Positions 24,425 through 37,190 of a stretch of DNA of 64,000 nt are shown here, one piece after another (position 1 is the stretch's first letter; the number at the start of each line of letters is the position of its first letter). The notes under the pieces were generated by a model. It was given only the letters and a program-made list of their open reading frames with translations, did no database searches and was not told where the DNA came from. A program made the translations under genes and the position numbers. The DNA is from Podarcis liolepis (lineage: Eukaryota). The DNA lies in NCBI GenBank assembly GCA_965112155.1, contig OZ218098.1. One strand, given 5' to 3'.

Positions 24425-24923
24425 CTGGGAACAAAAGTACGCCTTATGCATCTTGGAAGCTAGGATTACTCACCTGACTCAGCTGCACCTCAGCCCTTCC
24501 ACTCTTTCTGCTGTTACCATGCAAACGCACACACCAGGGCTCCTTCCCAAACCTTGCCACCAGCCCCCACCTCCTGCGGACACTTAACAACTCACACTCT
24601 TATTCCCTAATTAGCATTCTTATGACCAGTATCTCCACACCGCTGACAAACATTGGCATTGCAATGCACCAACAAACTGCCCTAACCCCTCATTCACATC
24701 CTCTTCCTTCCAAAACACACACCTTGCATTCTCTGCCCCAAAACCAATCAACCCATTTTCTCAGGTCCTATTACTGGCCCTCTTATTTCCACTCGGTGCC
24801 TGCCCTTATTCAGGCTGCCAGTTCTGCATCAGGCACCCCATCAACACACATTTCCAACTATCTCCGCACCTTGCCCCCAAATCACTTTCGAACCCCCTTA
24901 TAAAGGACAGCGGCTTATCTCAC

Positions 24924-25016
24924 CTGGATGTTGTACTGCTGTTTGCTGTGCTTGTAATGGGTGACGGTGAAGCACAGTGAGTCTCGTGTACTCTCAATCA
25001 GCATCAGGGAGGAGCA
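24924..25016 (-). CDS. PLEKHG3: PLEKHG3 PH-domain exon
   Basis: CSSLMLIESTRDSLCFTVTHYKHSKQQYNIQ; ctccttcag| and |GTGAGA. Confidence 0.94.
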
Positions 25017-26289
25017 CTGAAGGAGCAGAGGGAGAGATGTCAAACCAATGTACCCATTACAATGTCAACAACAAAAGTTCGCCAAATCTGCCATCTCTCT
25101 GAATCATCCAAGGGCTGCCAGGATAAACAGAGAGGCATCCTCAGAAGGACGACAAAGACCTTTTAACTTGACCAACTTTGGGTGGCCAAGGTTTGGGGAC
25201 GACAACCATAAGGTTTGTTATAATATTTATAAGTGTGTGTTTGTCAATTCCGGTGTTGTTGTCAGTTCCTTTTTAAAAACAATGTAGTGTACTGAATTTT
25301 AGATCAGACATAAATAATATAAAGAAGAAAAACATGCTGTATTCATAACTAAAAAACACCAGTCCCCCTCCCACCCCATCATCCACTGACCCTCTCTCCC
25401 CACCCCTTCCACAGAGAATTTGATGCCATCAGCACATCCAAAGCATATTCATACTTGGTTATGGTAGGGACACAGATTCAAGTAAAGAAAAAGTATCCAG
25501 TGCATACACCTCTCAGGCTTAAAACAGCCAAACAGATTTGTATTGGGTTAGAACAGATCTATTATCACCTTGCATATGCACATGTTGTTGTTGTCGGTTC
25601 CTGTGCCTTTGAGATGGGCGAGAGTGGCACATATAAATATATAAATGTTTGATGTACAGAAAGATTAAGGGTAGCCTTTCTTGGCAACAGCAAAACAAAG
25701 AGAAAGGAGATGGGGGTGAAATTTGGGGCAGTCACTTCACACCATCACATTGTGGGGTCAGCAGGTGCCACTGCAATTTATATACAAGCCTGTAGCAAGA
25801 AAAATGGATTCCCCCCCACTCCCTTTTGGCTGTGTGGAAATAGCAGCACACCCATTGATACCCTTTTAGTCTGGAAAAGCCACCACTCTTTTGATTTTGC
25901 ATTCAAAGTCACTAATGCAAATGTGTCTGTGGAGCAATCCTCCTAGTTTTCTTGCAACTGGGTATTTGAAGGGTAACAAATTCACACTGTTGCTCTCATG
26001 TATATGTCCTTTGAGAAATGCCCTCGTCATCCCTCTCCCCTCCTGAGTTATGCCTAGGATTGTGCTGGAAGACGGAAGGCGACAGCCGTGGGAGAGTCAG
26101 GTCAGGTAGAGAAAAGTTTGCCTTGGGGCCTTCTACACTGGATCATAAATTCACATCTGTTTCAGCTGTCAGGTATGAGTTCCAAAGTGACAAAGAATGA
26201 TTCATGCTCACACCCCTCCTACCCTGATACCCAAGATGCCTTCCTGACCCCTCAAAAACAGGGAGGAAGAATTAATCACACTGCCTACT

Positions 26290-26705
26290 CATAGGGAGGA
26301 GGAGGAGATGAACTTCTTTTCAGTTCACGTTTAATAGTGAATCTACTTATTTTGCACTTGCCAAAACAATACATGAAACGAAACTCAGCCAGCCTTTGGA
26401 ATTCACATTTCTCCAAATTTTGCAGTGCAGTCCTCCAGCCAAGTAATGTGCACAAAAATGCAAATATTAGGGCAAAGTGTGCATAAAAGTACATGGATCA
26501 GGGTAAATAGCATAAAAAATATGTTAGGTTAGGGGAAATTGCTTTGCATGAATGTGTATATATCAGGAGAAATTCACACTAAAATGCTGGTGAATTTTCA
26601 TGGACTGTAAAAAAACAAACCAACTGATGTGGAAATGTGGATGACTGGACTTCAAGATTGGAAAATTGACAGAAACCAAAACTGAAATGATTCACTCATC
26701 CCCAT
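26290..26705. repeat. Interspersed squamate repeat (MITE-like)
   Basis: Recurrent tgca/aaaatg motifs and weak terminal inverted similarity; family not identified. Confidence 0.35.
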
Positions 26706-26739
26706 GAATGAACAGAATTGCAGGGTTGGGACTACTTAC

Positions 26740-26922
26740 TGGAATGTGGCTTTTGTATATATAATGATCGCCCCGTTTCTTTGTTATCAGCAAGATCTTG
26801 TCAAACAAGAAGAAAGTTCTCTCATTCCTGACCCGATGGACACGGAAAGTACCCTCCAGCACAAGCTCTCCATAAGTGGTCAGGTCAGGACCCTTCCAGT
26901 TTATAAGCAATGACTGAATCTC
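26740..26922 (-). CDS. PLEKHG3: PLEKHG3 DH-PH junction exon
   Basis: [61 protein letters not shown]; ttttacag| and |GTAAGT. Confidence 0.95.
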
Positions 26923-28236
26923 CTGTAAAACAGCAAGGGGGGGGGGCAGTCAGAAAAAGGTGAAATATTTCCATCCCTGTTAGGAGCCATTTCAAGGCAA
27001 TCCCAAACAGAGTCACAAAGATGCCTGCATTGGTTGTAGTCTGTACTGTGACAGAATTACAGCCATTTGAGAATTTGGGGGCGGGGGGATGTTTTATCTT
27101 ATGTGGGTAGTACCCAATGCCACACAAGTAGTGTTCCACTAGTGCAACAGGGCTTCCTCTCCCCACCTGTCCCCGAAAGTTGCTCCAGGAGGTCTCCCTA
27201 CCCCCTGGAGCAGATTTTGAGTATGTGCAAGGGGCTTGAGGGGAGATAAGAGCAGCGAGGGGGGAAGTCCCATTGTACAAGAGGAACGACAGCATTGGAT
27301 ACAATGCTATACATTTAGCCTGCAGAATACATTCATTTCAACACAACTCAGAATATAAGCTTCCCCCCAACACTTCCACTGTTTAACCTTCACAAACATT
27401 CAAAGTATTTTCGAAATCTGTCAGCAGTCTTGAAAATAAATGCCTAGCATTACCAACCACAAAATGATCTGAATGGTTTCGTACCCAGAGGGTCTCTTTC
27501 ATCTGCAAAAGTTAAAGAAGGGAATCTTAAGTATTCTAAATATTTGTCCCTTTCTCCTACTTAGTTTGAAAGGTTCTAAGGATCTTCCATATGAGACACT
27601 GGAGAAGTAGATTAGTCCAGTGTAAAGTCACTCTGTGAGGCTGAACCAAAGCAGCAAGTCCCTATTTTTATATATTTCTGTCATTTATACCCAGTCTTCT
27701 AATGAACTATTCAAGGCTGCTTCTCTCTCTGCCTCAATGTTCCCTCTGCTATCCATGAGAACATGTACACTTCCAAACTGGACTCCAATTCCCTTCAGCC
27801 CCAAGTCAGCACGGCCAATGTTCAGGGATGATGGGAGTTACAGTCCAGCAACATCTTAGCATGGGCACAGGTCCCCCATTCCTGAGTCAGAGGGTTCTAA
27901 TGTTACAGGTTGAAGCCAGAAGGGGCATCGTGACAAATCATTCAGCCGGAACTCCGGTATTATTACAGGACATTCCATCAGCAATTCCTGCATCTTGCCC
28001 GAAGCCCAGTAAAGAAGCATTTGCTACATAGCCCCCACAGATCAGAATATGATCCACAGCTTGTGTAATATAAACCACCAACCCATAATAAGAGTCATTT
28101 GGAAAGAATTTTGCTCCCACCATCTTCCTTCGCTCTGGACAGATCGCTACAGGTGGCAACCCTTCATTTTTAGTAACTTGCTCTTTCTTTTTAATCCTTA
28201 TGTAGTTTCCAATCTGTGGATGTTTTCATGCCATTA

Positions 28237-28477
28237 CAGTGGTACCTTGGTTTACAAACTTAATCCGTTCCTGAAGTCCGTTCTTAAACCAAATCTGTTC
28301 TTAAACCAAGGCACGCTTTCCCTAATGAGGCCTCCTGCCGCCGGTGCCCTTCCACCATTCAGTTTCCATTTGTAGACCAAGGTAAAGTTTGCAAACCGGA
28401 ACACTACTTCCGGTTTTGCGGAGTTCGTAAACCGAATTGTTCGTAAACAGGACTGTTCTTAAACCGAGGTACCACTG
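28237..28477. mobile_element. Tc1/mariner (Tigger/pogo-like) MITE
   Basis: TIRs cagtggtacct(t)ggttta / taaaccgaggtaccactg with TA target duplication on both sides. Confidence 0.85.
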
Positions 28478-29667
28478 TATATTGCAGATGACTAAAGAAT
28501 TGATTGCCCCAGTTCAAATTACTATTGTAGTTATCTTAAAGCTTGCCTACTGTTTCCATAGGGTGCCATCATCACCTTGCTCAAATTCCCTGCAGAAATA
28601 AATGAATTGGCTGAAAACGCATATGAAAAGTAAGGTAAGGCCTGACACCACCTACAGCAGGCACGGCCAAACTTGGCCCTCCAGCTATTTTGGGACTACA
28701 GCTCCCATCATCCCTGACCTACAGCAACCTACGTGCACTTCTAAAACCTCAAGAAGAGAAAAATTTAAATTCAATGTTTGGGAACTTGTCAGTAAATATC
28801 CATGACACTAATGCTGGTAAGGGTGGAGTCGTCACAAGGGTGTTTGCAAGACTGAATAATGTAAATGAAATCTGGAACGATGAGAGGATAAGGAAGTGCA
28901 AGCAAACTGGGAATGCACTTAAAATCTGCTGGGGTGATATTGTGAGGCTATTTGCAGGACTCTAATTGTGTTAAGACTCAAACCAAAAATTGATATTCAG
29001 TACTAGGGGTCAGTCCCTGAACTTGTTAAGCATCAGGAAAGAAATGCAAATAATCACTTCCTCATCTGGGATTTCCAGGCTTGTGTTTTGTCACATCTCC
29101 TTGATGTTAAGCTCCATGGGTATTGTTGGAAGGGCCATGAAGTTAAACATTTTATGAAAGGGCTTAAATGACTGGCACAAGATGTTGAAAAGTGTGCTGC
29201 TGTGATGTGACTGAAATAATGGGAAGTGGGGGGGGGGGAAATGCAGCACAGGAAAAACAACACAGTGTATGTGTGTACTGAGGTCTGAAAAAAAGGGGGA
29301 AATTAGACATTGCAAACTGGAATGAGGAAAAGGGAATACTGCACCAAAAATGCCTTTTATCTATCAATCTATCTTAAAAATCCCTTTAGCTAGCAACACC
29401 TCATGGTAAGGAATGTTGCAGTGCTAGGAAGCAGCAGGAAAGGGAGCAAACCACTAAAGGTAGTAATAACACACATGGTTGCCATCGTGTTTTGCGAGTC
29501 AGTTTCATTTTGCATATACGTACTTAAGGGAATTTCCCTTTATGGGTTGTGAAAGGTGGCATTGCCTGATGCATCAGCCAGTGTGAATATACAACACTTA
29601 CTTGTGAATTGCCACAGCTCTCCAAGGATAATGCCACACCTGGGACAACTTTCCCCTTTCAAATTAC

Positions 29668-29799
29668 CTGCAGGCGCACAGCATGCTCGTGCTTCCGTTT
29701 CATGTCATTGATATACCAAGCCACACAGGTCATGGTGTCAATTGCCTCTTCCACCACTTCATAGCCATCCTCTTCTATGTCGAAGTGCTTTGCTATCTC
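29668..29799 (-). CDS. PLEKHG3: PLEKHG3 DH-domain exon
   Basis: [44 protein letters not shown]; tgtcctag| and |GTAATT. Confidence 0.95.
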
Positions 29800-29979
29800 C
29801 TAGGACAAAACCACACAGCCAAGAAGGTAAGCCAAGAGTTGTAAGGCTCTCTAACACAAATTCATTTCACCAGTTTGTTGTCTCTTGACCACTGCCCAGT
29901 TTACTAAGCTCTGGGGCCCAGGAGAGTACACAAGGGTCAAGCCAAGTAATCATTTAAAGCCATTTAAAAAAAACCATTA

Positions 29980-30153
29980 TGCTGAGTGAGTCAGATCATT
30001 GGTCAACCTAGTTCAGAACTGTCCATAGTGATTGACAGCAGGTCTTTTGAGTTAGGTGGGACATTCCAACCCTACCTGGAAATGCCAGGGATTGGACCTG
30101 AGACCTTCTGCTTTTGAAGCTGATACTCTTATCACTGAACTATGGCCCTTCCC
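29980..30153 (-). mobile_element. Squamate tRNA-derived SINE (Squam3-like)
   Basis: ctacctggaaatgccagggattggacctgagaccttctgc...cactgaactatggcccttcccc is a reverse-complemented tRNA-like head plus body. Confidence 0.65.
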
Positions 30154-31301
30154 CAAAGCCTTAAGAAGCATAAATCATGACATAAATACTGGTTGTCTCC
30201 ATTGGAGCCCTTTCCACTCATGAAAAAGGCTTCCTGATCCCAGGCGAAGCTTCTGTGAACAGTTGGGATGTATGAGACAATGTCCGTTGATCCTTCTTCC
30301 CTATGTAACACCGTGATTCCTCAAAAATCTGCTCCAGAGGGTTGGGAAACCCTCTGGAGCAGGTTAGGAAGATGGCACGGGAGCTGTAGGTAGAAGTGGC
30401 TCACTTCACCCTTTCATGGAAACTTCTGCTGGATCAGTGAAATTTCCATAGGTTTTTGGGGAGAATCTTTGGAACCAAAGTCCCATGCTTTCTTTAAAAA
30501 TAACAATGCAAAAAAACTTTTTCAACATGGTGGCATGTTGATTGCAGCAGCGGCAACAACAAAAGTTACTCACCCATGGAAGTACAAAAAGGTGACTATT
30601 ATCATCTATGGTGGGATTGCTTGGCAGAGTCTAGGCTAGCAAATTCAATTAGACCTGCTCTTTTTCCTTTGAACCATATTGAAGGATCAGTCCATTGGAT
30701 AAATACGAGCAAGAAATCGTAACTTACTGCAAGAAGTTTAATTTATACAAAATATTGTGTGGGATTTGGCCATTATGGCCATATTAATTGGAGAAAAGAT
30801 CAGGGGTGGAATCATTTCTGTGGTTATATTAAAAAACCACACCCATTAAGTTACTCAAATGTTATGTCTATTGTTGTTAAACTTAAAATATGACAGTATC
30901 AAGAACGTTTTATGAAAATCAGCGTAGGAAGATGTAGGCTTTAGTGGTATGATGAATTGCCTGCAGGCTTCCGACAGGCTAATCACCAATTACAGGGTGC
31001 TGGGACAGATGGGCCTTTGGCCTGATCCACCAGGGCTCTTCTTACATTACTTTTTTGTTATTTATTTGAATTATGAAAAACATAATGTAGAGCAAGTGGG
31101 GAAAGTATCCTATCCCTGCATAAATGAATAAACACTGGTAACATACAAATCTGGTTCCTTCACAGAAATAGGGCTGGTTTTGAAATACATACAGAGATTC
31201 TGAGAAAACATTTTCTTGTATAGCTAATTCCTACAATCTATAGTTCCTCATGTGTGACCCACAGAGACTATTTGTATAATTGCAAATACTCAAACTCTGT
31301 A

Positions 31302-31524
31302 CAGTGGTACCTCGGGTTAAGTACTTAATTTGTTCTGGAGGTCCATACTTAACGTGAAACTGTACTTAACCTGAAGCACTTTAGCTAATGGGGCCTCCTG
31401 CTGCCGCCGCACCGCCGGAGCACAATTTCTGTTCTCATCCTGAAGCAAAGTTCTTAACCTGAAGCACTATTTCTGGGTTAGCGGAGTCTGTAACCTGAAG
31501 CATATGTAACCTGAGGTACCACTG
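31302..31524. mobile_element. Tc1/mariner (Tigger/pogo-like) MITE
   Basis: TIRs cagtggtacctcgggtta / taacctgaggtaccactg, TA TSD; nearly identical to 63816-64000. Confidence 0.88.
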
Positions 31525-31709
31525 TATTAGTTCTCAACTGTTCCCACTTGACTAGTGGCCAATACATTTTCTAAGAGAGAGGTGATATTTGCTTGAACAC
31601 AGATCTGCACAATTTATGGCTGAATTTTAGACAAAACGGGTAGAGGGTGAAACACACAGGTCCCCAAGCTGCAAAGTTAGACAACACAACTAGGCTACTG
31701 CTATATTAC

Positions 31710-31860
31710 CTGAAGGAGCAGGTGATATTTGAGAATGCGCTGGACAGGCTTGAGAAGGTAGGAGCCAAGGGGCAATGAGTGACGGATTTGCTCTTGCCGC
31801 TCGCGAAAGAACTTGGCCAGCTGTTTGTTCCTCATGCACTCGGTCAGAGCTGCCACAGAG
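31710..31860 (-). CDS. PLEKHG3: PLEKHG3 DH-domain exon
   Basis: (N)[50 protein letters not shown]; ccctctag| and |GTAATA. Confidence 0.95.
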
Positions 31861-32798
31861 CTAGAGGGTCAAACCCATCATGGTATAATGAATAGCACTG
31901 AAGATCAAAGCAGAGAACCTCCCACCTTCCCTTGAAGATGAGTTGACAGACAGGCATGCTCAAACACCCCGACAAGGGACTGCAATGCAAGGGTTTAAAA
32001 ACAAGATCCGGAAGCCAGTGACAGCCAGACTAGCTAACAGAGAGAAGCAATCAGACTTTGACAATATAGCACATCCTGTACCTCCTACAGGGAATTTCCT
32101 TTGATGAGTGTGGGGAAACCTGGAAAGTCAGCCTGTTAGAGGGAAAGAAGGGGAAGACCCCTGGAGCAGGACTTTTGAGAACAGCTGTGGGGCTTCATTG
32201 CTTTGCCTTGTTCTTTGCCTCTTGCTACGATTTGCAGAAACTTTTATGAAAGATAAACAGATTTATATAAATCATGCAAATCTGCTTAGCTTTCATAAAC
32301 ATGTTCTGTTTCTGCTAGACTATATAAATCAAGGGCAGCCAACTTTAGGTGCTTTGTGGTTTTATTCTGCATTTTTATGCTGTGAAATGCCCTGAGATCT
32401 TAGGATGAAGGGAGTATACAAATTTTATTATTACAAACAACAACATGTTGCCCTTCAGATGTTGCTGGACTACAGCTCCCATCAGCCCGGACCATAGGCT
32501 AGGCTGGGTGAGGCTGAAGGGACTTGTAATCCCACAACATGTGGAGGGTACCATAGTGGCTATTCCCAATATAAGATGTACAGTTTGAAAAATTCAGCTG
32601 GTTTTAGTGCAAGATTTGGGTTATCTTGTCACTGGACGCTGACTTAAAAAAAAAGCACCTGCAAACTATTCTGTGTTCCGCAGAGACAGAGGCTGACCCA
32701 AAGGCTTCTTCTGTGTAAAAAGATTAAGTTATTAGAGAGGAAAGGGTCACCCAAGGCCCCATGAAACCAGTTCTCTCTTCACTGCAAAGGATACTCAC

Positions 32799-32845
32799 TT
32801 AGGGTAGTTGTTACAGTATTGAGTGTAGATATCAAAATCCTGACT
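32799..32845 (-). CDS. PLEKHG3: PLEKHG3 DH-domain exon
   Basis: SQDFDIYTQYCNNYP(N); gcaacag| and |GTGAGT. Confidence 0.94.
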
Positions 32846-32852
32846 CTGTTGC

Positions 32853-32863
32853 AGGGAGGGAGA

Positions 32864-32898
<35 letters not shown>
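32853..32898. repeat. (AG)n microsatellite
   Basis: Direct read. Confidence 0.9.
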
Positions 32899-32901
<3 letters not shown>

Positions 32902-33138
32902 TCAGTAAAAGATGGCTGGATATTCACTTAGCAATAATCTCAGCTTGCCTCTCAAAACATGCCCAGTACAGCTGTATAAAAGGAATGCCAACCTCACCCT
33001 ATGTACTGTTTGTTTAAGCCCTCATACCTAATGGAAGCACCCAATAAGGGTGTCGAAAGGGCTTGTGCAGCAGAATTCTGTGACACTCCATTATACAGTC
33101 AGAGATTACCACAACACAGTATCTGCTCATCTCCTTAC

Positions 33139-33208
33139 CCTGTCCACAAAACATCTTGCCACGGCCACAGGATCATTGTGGCAGCTGTCCAGATCCTGCA
33201 GAAGCTCA
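33139..33208 (-). CDS. PLEKHG3: PLEKHG3 DH-domain exon
   Basis: (S)ELLQDLDSCHNDPVAVARCFVDR; ttctgctcag| and |GTAAGG. Confidence 0.94.
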
Positions 33209-34630
33209 CTGAGCAGAAATGGAGAAAAGGAAGAATCAGTGAGTCAGACAGACACACACACATGGTGAAGCCTCTTGTGTCACATGTTCTAAGCACAGCA
33301 TCTCAGTAGCATAGGCACTCAAGGGACAGGATGGGTACATGCGGGAGGCAAAATGCGAACAACATTTCCCTCCCCTCCAAGTCCCAAACATAGAAGCAAA
33401 ATTCAAGGCATGCAAAGATTTGGGAACAGTACTCACAGAACCCACTTGCACAGGGGAAGCCCTTCCACTGTTACCAGGGAGCCAAAAACACAAGGAAGCC
33501 ATTACACAGAAAGAGGGGCACTCATTGGTTAAAATGGCCAACTAGCTGCTCCAGCAACTATTCGTGTAGCCTATTTGTCACAAACAGCATTTCCCCACTG
33601 CCCAAAGTGTCTTGCAGTGACAAGCTATGAGCTCATGTCTGCCCCAAGGAACTTTTTAATTTCAGGAGGGGAAGCTAGTTCACAGAACAGGCAAGCAACA
33701 AAACCAAGAACGCCCAGTAAGCCGGGAGCAATTTGAACTCAGTCTGCCCCTCTGACCTCTCCTCTCCTCAGTGCTTCATCATACAGGGAAGGATGTTGCT
33801 TCCCTGCTCTGAGACCAACACCGTCTCTCCACTTTCCTTTCCGCAGCCATGTCTGCCCAGGACTGTTCAAATAAACCCCAAAGGTCAAACATCTATGTTG
33901 TTATTTTGCAGACTTTCAGAATGAGACAAGCCTTCTGGCTAAATGTGAAAGAATGTTGGCTCCCACTTTCCAGCAATAGGGGAGCTGGATCAAGGGAGGA
34001 ACAGAACTTATCAGAAGCTTGCCGCCCACACAATCCAACCCTCCAGTCAGCTTCAGCTTGATAACACAATCAGTAGGCATTAATCTGCATCTATCAGCTT
34101 CCATAAGATGCGTAAAGTTCATGGCAAAGAGGTGACAGGAAAATGCCTGTCCCAGGGCAGACTTCAGTAATGTGCAAAACACAGGGCTGGCTTCTCATTA
34201 ATAACAATGCAATCTTAAATGCCGTCTACTTAGAAGTTCTACTGATTATCCCGGGTAAGTGGGATAAGGGGATAAGGGGTCCAAGTATAATTTCAAATTG
34301 GATGGGGGGAATGTTGAGATTCCTTCATTGCAGGGGGTTGGACTATATGACCCTCAAGGTCCCTTCCAACTCCACAATTCTACGACTGCAGCCTAAGACG
34401 TGTCAGCGGAGCTTATGCAGACAGGGAGAGGGCAGGAAGGCAAGGGAGAGCAAAGCAAGTGAGTCTCCTGCCATCCACCAACCTGTCCCACTGTCATGAT
34501 AGGACTGTGACCATTTAGGGAGGGGGTACTTTCTGCTGTGCTTACAGATTTTCAGTCCTCTCTGGCAAATACAGAGAGAAGGGGTGGGGCAGTTGCCAGT
34601 GAAGCCATGTTGCTCAAACATCGCACTCAC

Positions 34631-34731
34631 CTGTTCAGTTCATAGATATCTTCGATGTTCCCAAAGAGTGCACTAACTTGTTCTGGCCGTAGAAGCAGCT
34701 CTTGAGTGTCTATGATCTTCGCCAAGTAATT
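34631..34731 (-). CDS. PLEKHG3: PLEKHG3 DH-domain exon
   Basis: NYLAKIIDTQELLLRPEQVSALFGNIEDIYELN(S); acttggcag| and |GTGAGT. Confidence 0.94.
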
Positions 34732-35024
34732 CTGCCAAGTCACATTGTGTCATAAGTATTGCCATGTAGCAAAATAAGCAAGCAAATACGACAGACTGCC
34801 CCAAACTCCAGCCACCTAAACATGTGGTGGTGGTGGGGATCTAATCAACCTAATCAATGTTCTAGGGAATTCCCATATTATCCAGGGGTGGGGAATCTGA
34901 GGCCCTCCAGAGCTTGTTGGACTGCAACTCCCATCATTCCTGACAGTTGACTCTGTTGGTTGGGGCTAATTGGAGGCCACCAACATCAGGAGGGCCTCAG
35001 ACCTGCCCCCCATCCCCAATATAA

Positions 35025-35467
35025 TTCATAATTATTATTATTAATTTATTATTTATACCCCGCCCATCTGGCTGGGCTTTCCCAGCCACTCTGGGCTGCT
35101 TCCAACAGAATATTAAAATACAATAATCTATTAAACATTAAAAGCTTCCCTAAACAGGGCTGCCTTCAGATGTCTTCTAAAAGTCTGGTAGTTGTTTTTC
35201 TCTTTGACATCTGGTGGGAGGGTGTTCCACAGGGCGGGTGCCACCACCGAGAAGGCCCTCTGCCTGGTTCCCTGTAACTTGGCTTCTCACAGCGAGGGAA
35301 CTGCCAGAAGGCCCTTGGCACTGGACCTCAGTGTCTGGGCAGAACGATGTGGGTGGAGACGCTCCTTCAGGTATACTGGACCGAGGCCATTTAGGGCTTT
35401 AAAGGTCAGCACCAACACTTTGAATTGTGCTCAGAAACATACTGGGAGCCAGTGTAGGTCTTTCAAG
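35025..35467 (-). mobile_element. Young L2 LINE 3' fragment with (ATT)n tail
   Basis: Reverse complement of 61336-61760 with high identity; encodes LTFKALNGLGPVYLKERL...RAFSVVAP..WN.LP. Confidence 0.85.
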
Positions 35468-35992
35468 CCCACAGCTCCCACCATACACTCTCTGTTTCTT
35501 ACACTCAGCCTAAACAGTGTCCCAACAGGGCAGAAAGCCCCTTTCTATACTCTAAACCAGGAAATAATTAGCACCAGAACTACCTGGCCCTTCAGCCATA
35601 GCATGCAAATAAACAAGGTCCACAGCAGTGCACACAATGCGCTGCATTCGCACACTGCAACATGGCAAGCAGGAAGTGTTTTGTGCCTCTGAAAATAATT
35701 ATCAGTACATCCCTGTTTGGGAAACAGTGTATGAAGTTCGCCACTGAGGACAAAGCAGAAGGACTCTGCACAGTAAAATACTGAGGGGTTTTCTTGGCCT
35801 GAAGGCTGATGGAAGGCATGCAGGCACCAGCTCCTAACCTTCTGTCCAGGCCAGGTTTTCCTACAACTAGATAGAAGACATCTTTAATGCCCAGATCAAA
35901 AGATGGGAGGCCCTTATATGACAGAACAAACTGCAGCAGTGAACTGAAGAACTCCATCCTCACAGGCAGGCAAGCATTATGGGCGCGCTTAC

Positions 35993-36388
35993 CTCTATGA
36001 TACTTCGCAAATCCCGCACATACATGCGTTCCGACTCCACAATCTCCAAGACCACACGCTCCAGGTAGCTTAGTTTAGAATGGGAGACAGCAGAAGAAAG
36101 GGATGGGCTCTTCAGGCCTCGCCAGGGCCCTGAGGAGGCATTGTTGTTGGCATTGTGCAACAGTCCAGCCCTCAGTGAGGTAGCATCAGAAGGTGTTTGG
36201 GCCACATCGCTCCAGTCCTCCATAATGTGGCTAGCATTGGTCAGGGCTGCAGGTGGGTGGTTCAGAGGGTGCTCTGAAGAGCTTATGCCTGAGGCAGCAG
36301 AGGTTGGAACCACGTCATCTCTGCCCGGGGACGGGGTAAGCAGGAACCGAGGGAAGTCTGCACGGAGAGAAAGTTTTGTCAGGGAATC
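35993..36388 (-). CDS. PLEKHG3: PLEKHG3 first recognisable coding exon (start uncertain: GTG 36313 or ATG 36223)
   Basis: Acceptor acatttcag| at 36388, frame open throughout; ...NANNNASS...KLSYLERVVLEIVESERMYVRDLRSIIE, donor GAG|GTAAGC. Confidence 0.9.
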
Positions 36389-37190
36389 CTGAAATGTTAA
36401 GGTTCATCTTACACAAATTATACCTGACACATAAATTAGAGGGAGTTGCTGGGAACAGCAATTTTAATCAAAGTGAAAACCACCAAGATGAAAGGGCTGC
36501 TGTACATAATTGATTTAAACATTTTCCAGCTTTCTAATTCAGCTATTTCCTAAATAAAGCATATCTATTAGCTAGTGCAACAACATATTCGTTTGCAACT
36601 CAGCAGAGTTTTTCTACTAACTAGGAGTATGTTCCAAGGAGACATATAGTTCACGTATCTTTCGCTCTATAAATTTTATGTACATTTATGCAAGCAATCG
36701 TGAAATTAAGGATTTCTACTAGGGTTTCACCATACATATGAAAGGATGATAAACAAGTTCCTGAAGACTAAGTGCCCAGAACACTCCACAAGTGAGGTGT
36801 TCTCAAGGTGGAAGCTGAGAGCAGGTCAACAATAACTCACAAAGCGTCTGTGAGGTTAACTCTTTATTCAAAGAAACAAAACATCTCAGGCCTAGTGGTC
36901 ACAGCAACTGTTCCCAGCACGTCTTGCCCCAATGAGGCAGCTGCAAGGACTGAAGGGTCTCTGCTTCTCCACCGCTCTCTAAGGCTCCTCCTATCCTGAG
37001 GGTCCTTTGTCTTGTCTCTCTTTGATCTGCCCTCTTCATTCCTCTGCATGTTCTGGAAGACCAGGAGGGAGGAGAGCTGATCACAGCAGGAAGGGGAGAC
37101 CTCCTGGCATCTTCAGCAGCCTGCCTCCACTCTGCCTCTGGGCCTCCCTCCTTTCCAGCCTCCACTTCTGACTCTGACCTGCTCTCTGCC

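Larger units (their letters stand above)
11896..36388 (-). other. PLEKHG3: PLEKHG3 gene, span of coding exons (DH-PH RhoGEF)
   Basis: Spliced exons give a DH domain (LSYLERVVLEIVESERMYVRDL...[16 protein letters not shown]...[18 protein letters not shown]), a PH domain and the PLEKHG3-type tail (KNKVYQLARQYSLRIK; VKNLREKFQTLNS); tail-to-tail with SPTB as in mammals. Confidence 0.96.

Noticed and set aside
36864-37165. Charged - strand ORFs upstream of the first coding exon
   Set aside because: No clear in-phase donor or homology found.
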